Assembly (NCBI GenBank): GCA_049515915.1
Contig: JBEKTP010000001.1
Coordinates: 6,855 to 70,854, forward strand
Origin: Patescibacteria group bacterium
Lineage (GTDB): Bacteria; Patescibacteriota; UBA1384; UBA12157; JAENIV01
Length of the DNA: 64,000 nucleotides
Direction of reading: 5' to 3'
In this document: positions 17,066-27,533 of the stretch, in pieces
How positions within the stretch are numbered: the first letter of the stretch is position 1
How the letters are laid out: each line of letters starts with the position of its first letter
The notes under the pieces: generated by a model
What the model saw: the letters and a program-made list of their open reading frames with translations, nothing else
What the model was told of the DNA's origin: nothing
Databases searched by the model: none
Position numbers and translations under genes: made by a program

Positions 17066-18111
17066 ATTTAGACAAAAATTTTTTTTCTTGGCCGCGCATT
17101 ATTATTATCCTCCTTTTTGGGATTGCCATCTGGATTCTGATCCCCAAACTGATCGGCCTCACCCAGGCTCTTCAGCTCCTCCGGCAAATAAAATATTGGG
17201 CTTTAATTTTGGCGCTCGTCGCCGAAGGTTTTTACTATGTCGGTTCGGCCATTCTCACCCGCGCCGTTTTAAGGATGACCGGTGATAAACTGAAATTTAT
17301 CGATGTCATCAAAATTTCGCTGCTTGACTCCTTTTCAATTCAGTTTCTGCCTTTGGGCACTTTCGGCGAAGGGGCAGTCGATTACTATTTTTTAAAAGAG
17401 AAAAAAATTCGGACCGCCCATATTGTTTTAATGTTCATCGCCCGCGTCATTATCGTCTATTTAATTTTTGCTTTTATCTATCTTATCGGCGTCGCTTTCT
17501 CCCCGACGAACCACGGCTTAAGCGCCCGAGCCTTAATCGTTATTTGGATTACCTATCTGGCCGCTTTCGGGTTTTTCTTTTATCTTCTCAGTCTTTATTC
17601 TCGAAAACCGGTTTTGATTCAGCGCGTCGCCAAATTGGCCCGTTTGGCCAACCGGATTTTAAAAATTGTTAAAGTTGGCCGCATTCCACTCAATACTATC
17701 CCCGAACTAGTTCAAAAATTTTATGAAGCTGTCAAAATCCTGGCCAAGAATCGTCATTTACAAATCAATGCCGTTACGGGCGCCATCTTGTTTTGGGGCG
17801 GTGATATCATGTGTCTGTTTTTTGCTCTTTGGGGATTTGGTTATACGCCTCACCTCCCGATGGTGATTTTCGCCTATTCAGCCGCCCGCATTTTATCTTT
17901 AGTCAGTTTTATTCCAGGCGGCCTGGGAATTGTCGAAGGCACTTTAGCCCTCATTTTTATCGGGTTCGGTGTGCCGGCCGGCATCGCTCTGGCCGCCGTT
18001 TTGATTTTCAGACTCATTTCCTTTTGGCTGCCTATTCCCGTCGGCCTGGTTTCATTTTTAAGCTTAAGAAAAAAATATATCCAGGCCCGATTTGAGAACG
18101 TTCTCAGCTAA
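17062..18111 (+). CDS. UPF0104 / flippase-like (lysyl-PG synthase TM-domain-like) membrane protein
   Basis: It has an ATGA overlap with the upstream gene. About 8 TM helices with a Gly-rich C-terminal membrane segment are present. Confidence 0.55.
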   Translation: MNLDKNFFSWPRIIIILLFGIAIWILIPKLIGLTQALQLLRQIKYWALILALVAEGFYYVGSAILTRAVLRMTGDKLKFIDVIKISLLDSFSIQFLPLGTFGEGAVDYYFLKEKKIRTAHIVLMFIARVIIVYLIFAFIYLIGVAFSPTNHGLSARALIVIWITYLAAFGFFFYLLSLYSRKPVLIQRVAKLARLANRILKIVKVGRIPLNTIPELVQKFYEAVKILAKNRHLQINAVTGAILFWGGDIMCLFFALWGFGYTPHLPMVIFAYSAARILSLVSFIPGGLGIVEGTLALIFIGFGVPAGIALAAVLIFRLISFWLPIPVGLVSFLSLRKKYIQARFENVLS

Positions 18112-18170
18112 ATCGGCCGACCCCGCCAGGGTAAATATTATAAGTATATTTGAGTAAATTTTCAGACCAT

Positions 18171-18383
18171 CTACTCGAAATCAACTTCTTGAAGTTGAGA
18201 TTGTCTAAGGATAGAACGAAAAGTGCCAAACGGTATTTCGCGACGATTAGCGGGGACAATAACGGTCAAAGTCGGTCGTCCATGTCTTCGATATTTAACA
18301 TGACTACCTTTTTGAGAGACATAAACAAATTCTTGTTTTTCGAGAACTTTAATAATGTGCTGAGAAGAATATAGTTTAGGCAT
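18171..18383 (-). CDS. hicA: HicA-family mRNA interferase toxin
   Basis: 70 aa, YcfA/HicA-like with the conserved KGSHVKY segment. It overlaps hicB by 8 nt. Confidence 0.7.
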   Translation of the reverse strand: MPKLYSSQHIIKVLEKQEFVYVSQKGSHVKYRRHGRPTLTVIVPANRREIPFGTFRSILRQSQLQEVDFE

Positions 18384-18597
18384 GCTGAAATTGATGCTTG
18401 ACTATCGAAAGATTTTCAATTTTAACAATTTTGGTGGGTTTGTGATCTTCAAAATAGAGTTCTAAGGCTTCATTAAGATTATTCAAAGCCTCTTTTTTGG
18501 TTTTACCAAAACTGGAAACTTCAACATTCAAGCATTGAGCAACATAAAATTTGCCTTCCTTCCAGACCAAGTTTTGTAACTGATAAGAGTTGTTCAT
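18376..18597 (-). CDS. hicB: HicB-family antitoxin (UPF0150-like)
   Basis: 73 aa with a HicB N-terminal-type fold sequence, directly upstream of and overlapping hicA. Confidence 0.6.
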   Translation of the reverse strand: MNNSYQLQNLVWKEGKFYVAQCLNVEVSSFGKTKKEALNNLNEALELYFEDHKPTKIVKIENLSIVKHQFQHA

Positions 18598-18673
18598 ATC
18601 TAATCCTTAATTAAAATATAGACAAATAAAAACTAAAAGTCAAACCGACGAGAATGCTTAATGACCAGAATAA

Positions 18674-20245
18674 CTACATCTTTTCCGGTGCAGAGACACC
18701 CATGAGATCCAAGGTTTTTTTGAGAACTATTTGAGTCGCTTTGATTAATTCAAGTCTCGCCGAAGTGAGATTTTCATCGTCGGAGATGACTTTGCAATGT
18801 TCGTAAAAATTATGGAATTTATTGGCTAGCCCAATCGCATAAAACGGCAAGCGCTGAACTTGATAATCTTCAGCTGTTTCGATCACCACATCGGGCAATT
18901 TGACCAACTCTTTAATCAGCGACAGCTCCGCCGGGTCTTTGATTAAATCCAAATCACTTTTTGATCTTTGATCTTTAATTTTTGATTTCGCGAGGATACT
19001 ATGGATTCTGGCGTGGGCATACTGAATATAATAGACCGGATTTTTTTCCGAACGTTCTTTGGCCAGATCCAAATCAAAATCCATATGCGTGTCAAGTGAC
19101 CTTTCTAAAAAGAAAAAACGTGTGACGTCGGCCCCGACTTCATCAATCAGCTCGTCAAGCGTGACATAAGTGCCGGCCCGTTTGGACATTTTAACTTCTT
19201 GACCTTTTGACATCAATCGCACCAGCTGGGCGATTAAAATTTGAAAGTTAACGCCGGCTTTTAATTCTTCTTCCAAAATTTGGACGCCGGCTTTCATCCG
19301 ACCAATGTAGCCGTGATGATCCGCCCCCCAAATGTCAATTAAAGTATTGTAACCGCGTTTTATTTTAAGATAATGGTAAGCCAAATCGGCCGTAAGATAG
19401 GTATATTCGCCTTTTGAGGTCACCAAAACTCGATCTTTATCGTCAGAAAACTTGGTCGTCTTAAGCCACTGGGCGCCCTCTTGACGATAAATCAAATCAT
19501 TTTTGGTCAAGAGGCCCATCACTTCTTCAACCGGACCTTGAAAGAGGTGGCTTTCCGAAGACCAATGATCAAATTTAATCCCCATTTTTTGAATGGTTTT
19601 TTTAATCGATTCTTCCACCAATATCGCTGCCGCTTCTTGCCCGGCCATCATTGGCTCTTTCGAGGATATTTTCGGGGCGATTTCATCGATATAGGCGCCT
19701 TTATAAACTGCTTCCGCGTCTTTTAAAACCGAATGTCCAAGGGCCAAAATCTGAGCGCCGCGATCGTTAATATAGTACTCGCGCTCAACATTTGCGCCGA
19801 AAGCTTCCAAAACATTGGCCAAAACGTCACCAGTATATCCCCCGCGGCCATTGCCGAGCGTCAACGGACCAGTCGGATTGGCCGAAATAAATTCGAGATT
19901 GACTTTTAAATCTTGACCTAAATCAGAATGACCGTAGCTTTCCCCCGCGTTAATAATCTCGGAAATTTTTTGTTGTAAATAGGGGAGTGATAATTTGAAA
20001 TTGATAAACCCTGGCCCGGCGACACTGGCCTCTTCGATAACCTCATCTTTTTCTATCCTATTTATAATATTATGGGCGACATCCTGCGGGCTTTCCCCTA
20101 TTCCCTTGGCCAAAATCATGGCCGCATTGGTCGAATAATCACCAAATTTTTCGTCGGCCGCTTCAATATTAAAATCCGGTATCTCCACCTTTGGATAGAC
20201 CAACTTCACGGCCTCGATAATTTTTTCCCTTATCAGATCTTTCAT
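18674..20245 (-). CDS. argS: arginine--tRNA ligase
   Basis: 523 aa class I aaRS with a HIGH-region variant and KMSKR (KMSKRAGTY). It has a DALR anticodon-binding-type C-terminus. Confidence 0.9.
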   Translation of the reverse strand: MKDLIREKIIEAVKLVYPKVEIPDFNIEAADEKFGDYSTNAAMILAKGIGESPQDVAHNIINRIEKDEVIEEASVAGPGFINFKLSLPYLQQKISEIINAGESYGHSDLGQDLKVNLEFISANPTGPLTLGNGRGGYTGDVLANVLEAFGANVEREYYINDRGAQILALGHSVLKDAEAVYKGAYIDEIAPKISSKEPMMAGQEAAAILVEESIKKTIQKMGIKFDHWSSESHLFQGPVEEVMGLLTKNDLIYRQEGAQWLKTTKFSDDKDRVLVTSKGEYTYLTADLAYHYLKIKRGYNTLIDIWGADHHGYIGRMKAGVQILEEELKAGVNFQILIAQLVRLMSKGQEVKMSKRAGTYVTLDELIDEVGADVTRFFFLERSLDTHMDFDLDLAKERSEKNPVYYIQYAHARIHSILAKSKIKDQRSKSDLDLIKDPAELSLIKELVKLPDVVIETAEDYQVQRLPFYAIGLANKFHNFYEHCKVISDDENLTSARLELIKATQIVLKKTLDLMGVSAPEKM

Positions 20246-21426
20246 TTTTTTATCTTGGCAAACTTTCGGCCGCCTTTAATTACCAGGCCGGTTTTTATTT
20301 CGATATTTTGAAACGGATCAGAAACTTTTTTATCATTAATCTCAATCGCATTTTGCTCAATTAACCGTTTGGCTTCCGATCTCGATTGTTTAAAGGCCGC
20401 CGCCACAAGATCAATCGCTTTTAACTCATCTTCCGTGATGACCACTGCCGGCATTTTGGCCGGCTGTTCTTTATTGACAAACACTCTTTCAAATTCTTTC
20501 TGGGCTGTGACCGCTTCTTTTTCGGAATGATACAGCTTGACTATTTCAAAAGCTAAACGGGCTTTTTCTTTTCGGGGATCGAACGGTTCCGGAACTTGTT
20601 TCTTAAACCTTTTTGACATGTCGTCAACCTGATTATTGGGAACATCAGTCAACAGCCGAAAATATTTGACGATTAAATCATCGGGGATAGACATCACTTT
20701 CCCAAACATTTGATCAGGTTCTTCCAAGATGCCAATATAATTTCCGACACTTTTCGACATTTTTTGAACCCCATCCGTCCCCTCCAAAAGAGAGAGCATC
20801 ATGACATCTTGAGACGGCTGGCCAAAAGATTTTTGGACTTTTCGGCCCATTAAAAGATTAAATTTCTGGTCGGTGCCGCCGAGCTCAAGATCGGCTTTGA
20901 CACAGACCGAATCATATCCTTGCAAGAGGGGGTACATGGTTTCTAACATATTAATATCCCGATTCTCGGAAAGGCGTTTTTGAAAATCATCTCGCTTCAA
21001 AACCTGTTGAAGAGTGACTTTTGAGCTCAAATCAAACAAAAAAAGTGTGTCTTTTTGGTCATACCATTCACGGTTATAACGCACTTCGGTTTTTTTCAAA
21101 TCCAAAATTTTGCCCACTTGAGCTAAATAAGTCCCCATGTTTTTCTTGACTTCTTCACGGGAAAGGACTTTTCGGGCATCCTGACGCGCTGAGGGATCAC
21201 CAATGGTGGCCGTAAAATCCCCCATAATTAAAACGACCTGATGGCCTAAATCTTGAAACTGTTTTAATTTTCTTAAAGGCACGGTGTGGCCCAAGTGAAG
21301 ATCGGCGGCCGTCGGATCAATGCCAAATTTGAGGCGTAATTTTTGACCGTTTTTTAACTTCTTTTCAAGCGATTCCCGCACAATAATTTCTTCAACTCCC
21401 CTATTGAGCAATTCGTCAATATTCAT
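20242..21426 (-). CDS. tyrS: tyrosine--tRNA ligase
   Basis: 394 aa with HIGH (DLHLGH) and KMSKS motifs and a C-terminal S4 domain. Confidence 0.9.
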   Translation of the reverse strand: MNIDELLNRGVEEIIVRESLEKKLKNGQKLRLKFGIDPTAADLHLGHTVPLRKLKQFQDLGHQVVLIMGDFTATIGDPSARQDARKVLSREEVKKNMGTYLAQVGKILDLKKTEVRYNREWYDQKDTLFLFDLSSKVTLQQVLKRDDFQKRLSENRDINMLETMYPLLQGYDSVCVKADLELGGTDQKFNLLMGRKVQKSFGQPSQDVMMLSLLEGTDGVQKMSKSVGNYIGILEEPDQMFGKVMSIPDDLIVKYFRLLTDVPNNQVDDMSKRFKKQVPEPFDPRKEKARLAFEIVKLYHSEKEAVTAQKEFERVFVNKEQPAKMPAVVITEDELKAIDLVAAAFKQSRSEAKRLIEQNAIEINDKKVSDPFQNIEIKTGLVIKGGRKFAKIKK

Positions 21427-21556
21427 TTGGCTCCTTTTCAGATTGTTATCACTTTCATTTTATCGTAAAACCTGATAATATGTAAAGGTGAAAACCAAAG
21501 GAAAGGGAAATAATTATAACGGCCGAAGATAAAAAGACCGTCACCTTGCTAAAAAT

Positions 21557-24355
21557 ATGAATTTTAAGAAAATATTTCCATTAAGTAACCCCTTAAAAAA
21601 AGTCCCCAAATTTCCGACCTCAAGATTTCGAAAGATCAACTGGAAGAGAATAAAAACCTGGATCCTCCGTCTGGGCCTCGGCTTCCTTCTTTTAATGTTG
21701 GCGCTTTTTCTTTGGTTTGCGAAGGATTTACCGACGCCGGGTCATATTACCAATCTTCAGTCGGCCGCGGCCACTCAAATTTTCGATCGAAACGGCAATG
21801 AACTTTATACAATCCACGGCAATGTCAAACGCATCATGGTCGGTAATAACGACATCCCCACGAACGTGAAAGAAGCAACTTTGACCGCCGAGGACCGGAG
21901 CTTTTATCACGACTACGGGATTAATTTTAAAGGTGTTCTGCGCGCCGCTTACGACGATATTTTTCATGGCAGCGGCGGCTTGGTCGGCGGTTCGTCGATT
22001 ACCCAACAATATGTGAAAAATGCCCTTTTGACTTCCCAAAAAACTTTCACGCGAAAAATTCAGGAAGCCATTTTGGCCATCGAAATTGAAACGATGTATT
22101 CGAAGCCGGATATTTTAACCATGTATCTCAACGAGATTCCCTATGGCTCTTACGCTTACGGCATCGAGGCAGCGTCGGAAACTTTCTTTGGCAAAAAAGC
22201 CAACCAACTGGATTTAGCCGAAGCGGCCACCTTAGCGGCGCTCCCTCAAGCCCCGACTTATTATTCGCCCTATGGGATCCATCCTGACGACCGCTTGGCA
22301 CGGGTGGATTGGATCTTAGATGGTATGGTCACCCAGGGCTATATCACTCAAGATCAGGCCACCGCCGCTAAAGCCGAAGCCAAAAATATCAAATTTGTGC
22401 CTCAAAACGAACAAATCGCCGCCCCCCACTTTGTCATGTATGTCAAAGATTTACTGGCCGAAAAATACGGCGAGCAAATGCTCGAGGAAGGAGGCTTAAA
22501 AGTCTATACCACCCTCGATAGCACTGATCAACAAGCGGCTGAGCAAGCCGTCGCCGACGCCAAACTTTCAAGCGTTAACGCCACCAACGCTTCGCTTGTT
22601 TCGATTGATCCCAAAACCGGGCAGATTCTAGCCATGGTCGGCTCACGGGACTTTTTCAATCAAGCCATCGACGGTCAAGTCAACGTCGCTATTTCGCCGC
22701 GCCAGCCGGGCTCTTCGTTTAAGCCGATTATGTACGCAACCGCCTTTAAAAAACAATTTAGTCCCGGCTATACCCTTTGGGATGTAACAACCAATTTTGG
22801 TAATTACACGCCGCAAGATTACGACGGTAAAACCCGCGGCCCAGTGACGATTCGAACGGCCTTGGCCGGTTCGCTCAATATCCCGGCCGTTAAAACGCTC
22901 GCTTTAACCGGCATCAATAATGTCCTCGATCAAGCTCACAGTATGGGCATTACGACTCTCAACGATCCTTCGCGTTACGGTCTCTCGCTTGTCCTGGGCG
23001 GCGGCGAGGTGACCTTACTCGATGAGACGACCGCTTACGGCGTCTTTGCCAATAACGGCGTTCTGGCGCCGACGACCCCTATTTTGAAAGTCGTCAATCT
23101 CAAAGGAAAAGTGCTCGAACAATATAAAGCCAATCCCAAAAATGTCTTAGACCCGAGCATTTCCTACGAAATTTCCAACATTTTGTCCGACAACAATGCC
23201 CGTTCCTTCGAGTTCGGCAGTCATTCCGCTTTATATTTTTCCGACCGACCGGTCGCCGCCAAAACCGGCACGACTCAAAATAACCGCGATGCTTGGACGG
23301 TCGGCTACACGCCCTCGATCACGGCCGGCGTTTGGGTCGGTAACGACGATAATACCCCGATGTCAGCCGGCGGCGCTGGGGCCATGGCGGCCGCCCCCAT
23401 TTGGCACGAGTACATGGCCAAAGTTCTCAGCGGCACACCCGTCGAGCAGTTTAACCAGCCCAGTAACGTTAAAAGCTGCACCCTTGACCGCTACACCAAC
23501 CAATTACCCAGCGGCGGTCAAACCACGACCGACATCTGCACGCCGTGGCAAATTCCGACGGAACGCGCCCAAAGTGTCGGCACTTTAAGAATTGATAAAT
23601 ACACCGGCAAAATTGCCACCGATGACTGCCCCGATCAGTTTACGGAAACGGAAACTTTCCAGGATATTCATTCCGAACAACCCAACAACCCCGCTTGGGA
23701 AAGCCCCGTCCGAGCCTGGCTGGCGGCGGCCGGGATCTTAACCGTTGCCCCGCCGTCGGGCGATAAAACTTGCGCCGCCACGACCGACCATACAACCATT
23801 AGCCTTTCCGCCCCGGCCGCCGGGACGCAAGTGAGTGGCACAATCAACATCAACGCCTCGGTTAATTCCAATGTTTCCATTGCTAAAGTTGATTTTCTGC
23901 TTGATGGCGTTAATATTGGCACCGCCACGAATAGTCCTTATCAAATAAGCTACGATACGAGCGGCCTGGCTTCAGGGGCTCACAGCCTCAGCGCAATTGC
24001 CACCGATCAATACGGCCTGACGACCACCGCTGATTCCGTCGGCATTATTATCGCCGGCGGCCCGCCGGGTGACGTCACCAATGTTTTGCTGACCCCTGGC
24101 ACCAATACCATTGCCGCTTCCTGGAAAAACCCCAGTGATGCTGACTTGGCTTCGGTCAATATCTACATTTCCACCTCTTCCGGCACCCTCGGCAATCTTT
24201 ACGGCAATTTTAGTGCTTTACCTTCCTCAAACGGGGCCGAATCAATTAGTAGTCTCAAAAATAAAACCACCTACTATGTCACTCTAAGACCGGTGGATTC
24301 ATTGGGTAACGAAAACAATAGCACGACTCAATACTCGACCACCACTTTGCCGTAA
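21557..24355 (+). CDS. mrcA: bifunctional penicillin-binding protein 1A (GT51 transglycosylase + transpeptidase) with C-terminal Ig/FN3-like repeats
   Basis: 932 aa. The GT51 motif (EDRSFYHDYG) and the transpeptidase SxxK/SxN/KTGT motifs (SSFKP, KTGTT) are present. A C-terminal ~250 aa Thr/Ser-rich beta-rich extension is also present. Confidence 0.85.
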   Translation: MNFKKIFPLSNPLKKVPKFPTSRFRKINWKRIKTWILRLGLGFLLLMLALFLWFAKDLPTPGHITNLQSAAATQIFDRNGNELYTIHGNVKRIMVGNNDIPTNVKEATLTAEDRSFYHDYGINFKGVLRAAYDDIFHGSGGLVGGSSITQQYVKNALLTSQKTFTRKIQEAILAIEIETMYSKPDILTMYLNEIPYGSYAYGIEAASETFFGKKANQLDLAEAATLAALPQAPTYYSPYGIHPDDRLARVDWILDGMVTQGYITQDQATAAKAEAKNIKFVPQNEQIAAPHFVMYVKDLLAEKYGEQMLEEGGLKVYTTLDSTDQQAAEQAVADAKLSSVNATNASLVSIDPKTGQILAMVGSRDFFNQAIDGQVNVAISPRQPGSSFKPIMYATAFKKQFSPGYTLWDVTTNFGNYTPQDYDGKTRGPVTIRTALAGSLNIPAVKTLALTGINNVLDQAHSMGITTLNDPSRYGLSLVLGGGEVTLLDETTAYGVFANNGVLAPTTPILKVVNLKGKVLEQYKANPKNVLDPSISYEISNILSDNNARSFEFGSHSALYFSDRPVAAKTGTTQNNRDAWTVGYTPSITAGVWVGNDDNTPMSAGGAGAMAAAPIWHEYMAKVLSGTPVEQFNQPSNVKSCTLDRYTNQLPSGGQTTTDICTPWQIPTERAQSVGTLRIDKYTGKIATDDCPDQFTETETFQDIHSEQPNNPAWESPVRAWLAAAGILTVAPPSGDKTCAATTDHTTISLSAPAAGTQVSGTININASVNSNVSIAKVDFLLDGVNIGTATNSPYQISYDTSGLASGAHSLSAIATDQYGLTTTADSVGIIIAGGPPGDVTNVLLTPGTNTIAASWKNPSDADLASVNIYISTSSGTLGNLYGNFSALPSSNGAESISSLKNKTTYYVTLRPVDSLGNENNSTTQYSTTTLP

Positions 24356-24363
24356 ATAGTTCT

Positions 24364-25299
24364 CTATTTTTTCTTGGGTTGAACAAAGATCATTTTACCG
24401 GCCACCGTTTGGAAGATGCGCACCACCTCGCAATCCACTTCTTTACCGACCAAACTCTGGCCGCCCTCAACGACAATCATTGTACCGTCGGAAAGATATC
24501 CAACGCCCTGGCCCAGCTCTTTACCTTTTTGAATTACCTTGACCCGAATTTCTTCGCCGGGAATTAAAGTCGGTTTAAGACTTTCGGCCAGTTCGTTCAC
24601 ATTTAAAACATCGACTTTTTGAATTTTAGCAACGCGGTTTAAATTATAGTCGGCCGTAATGATTTTGGCATTGCGGCGTTTTGCCGTCTTAATTAACTTT
24701 TGATCAACCGGTTCGCGGGAAGACTCAAGATCATCAATGATTTCAATCTCTAATTTGGCATTACTTTGCATTTTATCCAAAGACTCCAACCCTCGTCGGC
24801 CCTTGGTGCGGCGGATCGGATCTTCGGAATCGGCAACATTTTGCAGTTCAGCCAGGACAAATTGGGGAATTAAAATATTACCTAAGATAAACCCGCTTTG
24901 AGCGATTTGTTCAAGCCGACCATCAATGAGTGAAGAGGTGTCCACGACAATACTGCAACCGGGCGCATTGTTATGTCCCATAATCCGGTCCATAATCCGT
25001 TTGAAAAAAACTGAGGCGGGCTGCCCTTGGGCAATAAACAAATCTAAAACGGCGACCGTGACAAAAACTTCCACAATCATCGGCACCCAGGTACCGTAGG
25101 CGCCCGGCAATCTCGCAAGCGGCGTGGCGGCCAGCGAGCCGATTAATAAGCCCAAAATTAAACCGATTAAACCCATGAAAAAGTAAGGAAATGAAATTTT
25201 TAGCAATCTTCTGGTTAAAAAAAGCAAAATGATCGCCACGCCTAAAATGATGAAAAAAATGGCTAAATTGGTCGCCTCCACATTGGAAAAATTAAACAT
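24364..25299 (-). CDS. membrane-anchored PIN and TRAM domain protein (YacL-like)
   Basis: 311 aa with N-terminal TM helices, a PIN segment (IVVDTSSLIDGRL) and a C-terminal TRAM-like domain. Confidence 0.7.
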   Translation of the reverse strand: MFNFSNVEATNLAIFFIILGVAIILLFLTRRLLKISFPYFFMGLIGLILGLLIGSLAATPLARLPGAYGTWVPMIVEVFVTVAVLDLFIAQGQPASVFFKRIMDRIMGHNNAPGCSIVVDTSSLIDGRLEQIAQSGFILGNILIPQFVLAELQNVADSEDPIRRTKGRRGLESLDKMQSNAKLEIEIIDDLESSREPVDQKLIKTAKRRNAKIITADYNLNRVAKIQKVDVLNVNELAESLKPTLIPGEEIRVKVIQKGKELGQGVGYLSDGTMIVVEGGQSLVGKEVDCEVVRIFQTVAGKMIFVQPKKK

Positions 25300-25311
25300 G
25301 ATTACTCCTTT

Positions 25312-26619
25312 TTAATTCAAATTTTTTTGAATTGAATCAACTAATAATTTTTGATTGATAAATTTTGAAAAACCAAGACGTTTAGCTTCAGTAATACGCT
25401 TATTTTCCATCGAAACTTTGCGAATTTCGCCCGAGAGTCCCACTTCGCCAAAAGCACAAACGCTTGGACTGATTGTTTTACCTTTATAAGCCGAGGCGAT
25501 GGCTAAAGCGACCGCGAGATCGACCGCCGGTTCTTTAACCTTAATCCCCCCCACGATATTGATAAAAATATCCTGATTACTCAAATTTAAGCCCGCTCTT
25601 TTTTGCAAAACGGCCACCAGTAATTGCAAGCGGTTAAGATCGTAGCCGGAAGATTTACGCTGAGGGAAACCAAAAGGCGTCGTCGAAGTTAAGGCTTGAA
25701 CTTCCACTAATAAGGCTCTGGTCCCTTCCATCGTCGCGGTTACGACATTGCCCGAAATATTGGGCGACCGTTCTTCTAAAAATAGTTTTGAAGGATTAGC
25801 CACTTCTTTCAGCCCTTTTTCGGTCATTTCAAAAACGCCGATCTCGTCGGTGGCCCCAAAACGATTTTTCGTCCCCCGTAAAATCCGATGATTATGATAG
25901 CGTTCACCTTCCAAATATAAAACGACATCGACTAAATGTTCCAAGGTTCGGGGCCCAGCAACCGTGCCATCTTTGGTGACATGACCGACTAAGACGACGG
26001 AGGTGGGCGTCGTTTTAGCTAATTGCTGAAGTCTCAAAGCGCATTCCCTCACTTGAACGAGCGAGCCGGGCGTCGAGGGAAAATCATCCGAATAAATGGT
26101 CTGAATGGAATCAATAATAACGAGGTCGGGCTTGACCCTTTCGACCGCCGCCAGAACACCCGCCAAGGAAATATCGGCCAAAACCATAATTTTTTTATTT
26201 TTCAGTCCCATGCGGTCGAAGCGCAATTTTATTTGACCGGGAGACTCTTCGCCGGAGACATAAAGAACATTTGAAAGTTCAGCGGCCACTTCTAAAAGTA
26301 AAGTTGATTTACCGATCCCCGGCTCGCCGCCCAGGAGAATAATCGAACCCGGGACAATGCCGCCTTTATTAGCTGAACCGCCCAAGACCCGATCAAACTC
26401 CCCGATCTTAGTGGAGATGCGCTGAAAATTGGAAGACTTAATTTTATCAATTTCAATTGCTTGGGATGAGGGAATATCTCTTCGTCCTTCGTGTTTAGAG
26501 CTTAATTTAAATTCTTTTAAAGTGTTCCACTGGCCACAATTGTCGCATTTTCCTTGCCACTTTAAATATTCTTCGCCGCAATCTGAACAAACAAAAACCG
26601 TCTGATAATTACTTTTCAT
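25312..26619 (-). CDS. radA: DNA repair protein RadA/Sms
   Basis: 435 aa with an N-terminal C4 zinc finger (CSDCGEEY...CDNCGQW), Walker A GEPGIGKST, the KNRFG motif and a Lon-like C-terminal domain. Confidence 0.9.
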   Translation of the reverse strand: MKSNYQTVFVCSDCGEEYLKWQGKCDNCGQWNTLKEFKLSSKHEGRRDIPSSQAIEIDKIKSSNFQRISTKIGEFDRVLGGSANKGGIVPGSIILLGGEPGIGKSTLLLEVAAELSNVLYVSGEESPGQIKLRFDRMGLKNKKIMVLADISLAGVLAAVERVKPDLVIIDSIQTIYSDDFPSTPGSLVQVRECALRLQQLAKTTPTSVVLVGHVTKDGTVAGPRTLEHLVDVVLYLEGERYHNHRILRGTKNRFGATDEIGVFEMTEKGLKEVANPSKLFLEERSPNISGNVVTATMEGTRALLVEVQALTSTTPFGFPQRKSSGYDLNRLQLLVAVLQKRAGLNLSNQDIFINIVGGIKVKEPAVDLAVALAIASAYKGKTISPSVCAFGEVGLSGEIRKVSMENKRITEAKRLGFSKFINQKLLVDSIQKNLN

Positions 26620-26697
26620 GTGGTTAGATTATACCACAACTTTTAGATAAAAACTCGTCATTTTCCCCGAAATCACCTCCGGCAATTGACAAAAATA

Positions 26698-26725
26698 TTG
26701 ACAGTGCTAACTTCATCGCTATAAT
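26698..26725 (+). promoter_or_regulatory. consensus sigma70-type promoter (TTGACA-N16-TATAAT) driving the high-GC gene
   Basis: -35 TTGACA is at 26698-26703 and -10 TATAAT at 26720-26725. A second TTGACA lies 12 nt upstream. The RBS GGGAGGACAAG sits before the ATG at 26773. Confidence 0.55.
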
Positions 26726-26772
26726 TATATAAGATTGCCTGCGGCTTAATTCCAGCTCTCCGGGAGGACAAG

Positions 26773-27519
26773 ATGACAGCGTTGCCATGCCGTAACCGAA
26801 CTTCAAGCGAGGTCAGAACAGGTATGTTGGAAGCCGACTGCCTCTTCGTCCCACTGGGTCTACCGACGATCAGCACGCCGGCCGTCATGGCGGTAGCAGT
26901 CAAGACGCTTTTTGCCCATGACTTCATCCCGCGCGTCGATTTGGCCCTCAAGACCGAGGTCCTCCAGGCGGCGATCAAAGCCTCTAGACGCACAGACACT
27001 CAGACCGCTCGCCCCGTCATCGCGGCTTTCAACAACATCAACTTCGCCCACAACCAGCTCGCGGTCTGTTTGGGCTTCGACATCATCGAATACGAGGGGG
27101 CGGAGCCGGACGAGCTCGCACCTTTCGCCGCGCTCTGCGCCGAAGCCGGCGTCTACGGACTGGTTCACTTCAATGATCCTGGCGTCCTCGAACTCATGTT
27201 GGCGTCAATCGAGGATCCCAACCTCCTCGCCGCTCACCTCGACTATAACGAATGCCGCCTGAAGGACTATGCCGTCGCCTATCGCCGCGTCGGCCTCGAG
27301 CCTAAAAGCCAAATCGCCATCGTCAGCTGCCCGATTACCTGGGGGACCAGTTGGCAGCGGATTATTCGCCACCAATGCGGCTTTGAGCTGATCCCGGGAC
27401 TCGTCTTGACCGATGTCTTCGCCAAGATCAACCCCAACGACACCGAAGCGATCAAGCACGCCATCGCCAATGCGCGTGAACACTTTACGCCCTTCACTGG
27501 GCACGAACCCGTCGGATGA
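26773..27519 (+). CDS. high-GC hypothetical protein (248 aa), likely horizontally acquired
   Basis: It is the longest ORF in a ~60% GC island (26.75-27.56 kb) inside a ~40% GC genome. It has a perfect promoter and RBS upstream and a terminator downstream. No family was recognised. Confidence 0.5.
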   Translation: MTALPCRNRTSSEVRTGMLEADCLFVPLGLPTISTPAVMAVAVKTLFAHDFIPRVDLALKTEVLQAAIKASRRTDTQTARPVIAAFNNINFAHNQLAVCLGFDIIEYEGAEPDELAPFAALCAEAGVYGLVHFNDPGVLELMLASIEDPNLLAAHLDYNECRLKDYAVAYRRVGLEPKSQIAIVSCPITWGTSWQRIIRHQCGFELIPGLVLTDVFAKINPNDTEAIKHAIANAREHFTPFTGHEPVG

Positions 27520-27533
27520 GATCCGTCAACGAT

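Noticed and set aside
18940-19000. Short tandem-like repeats (tttttgatctttgatctttaatttttgatttcgcg) that could suggest a CRISPR or satellite.
   Set aside because: They are inside the argS coding frame (they encode a low-complexity KSKIKDQRSKSDLDL segment). They have no repeat-spacer periodicity and no cas genes.
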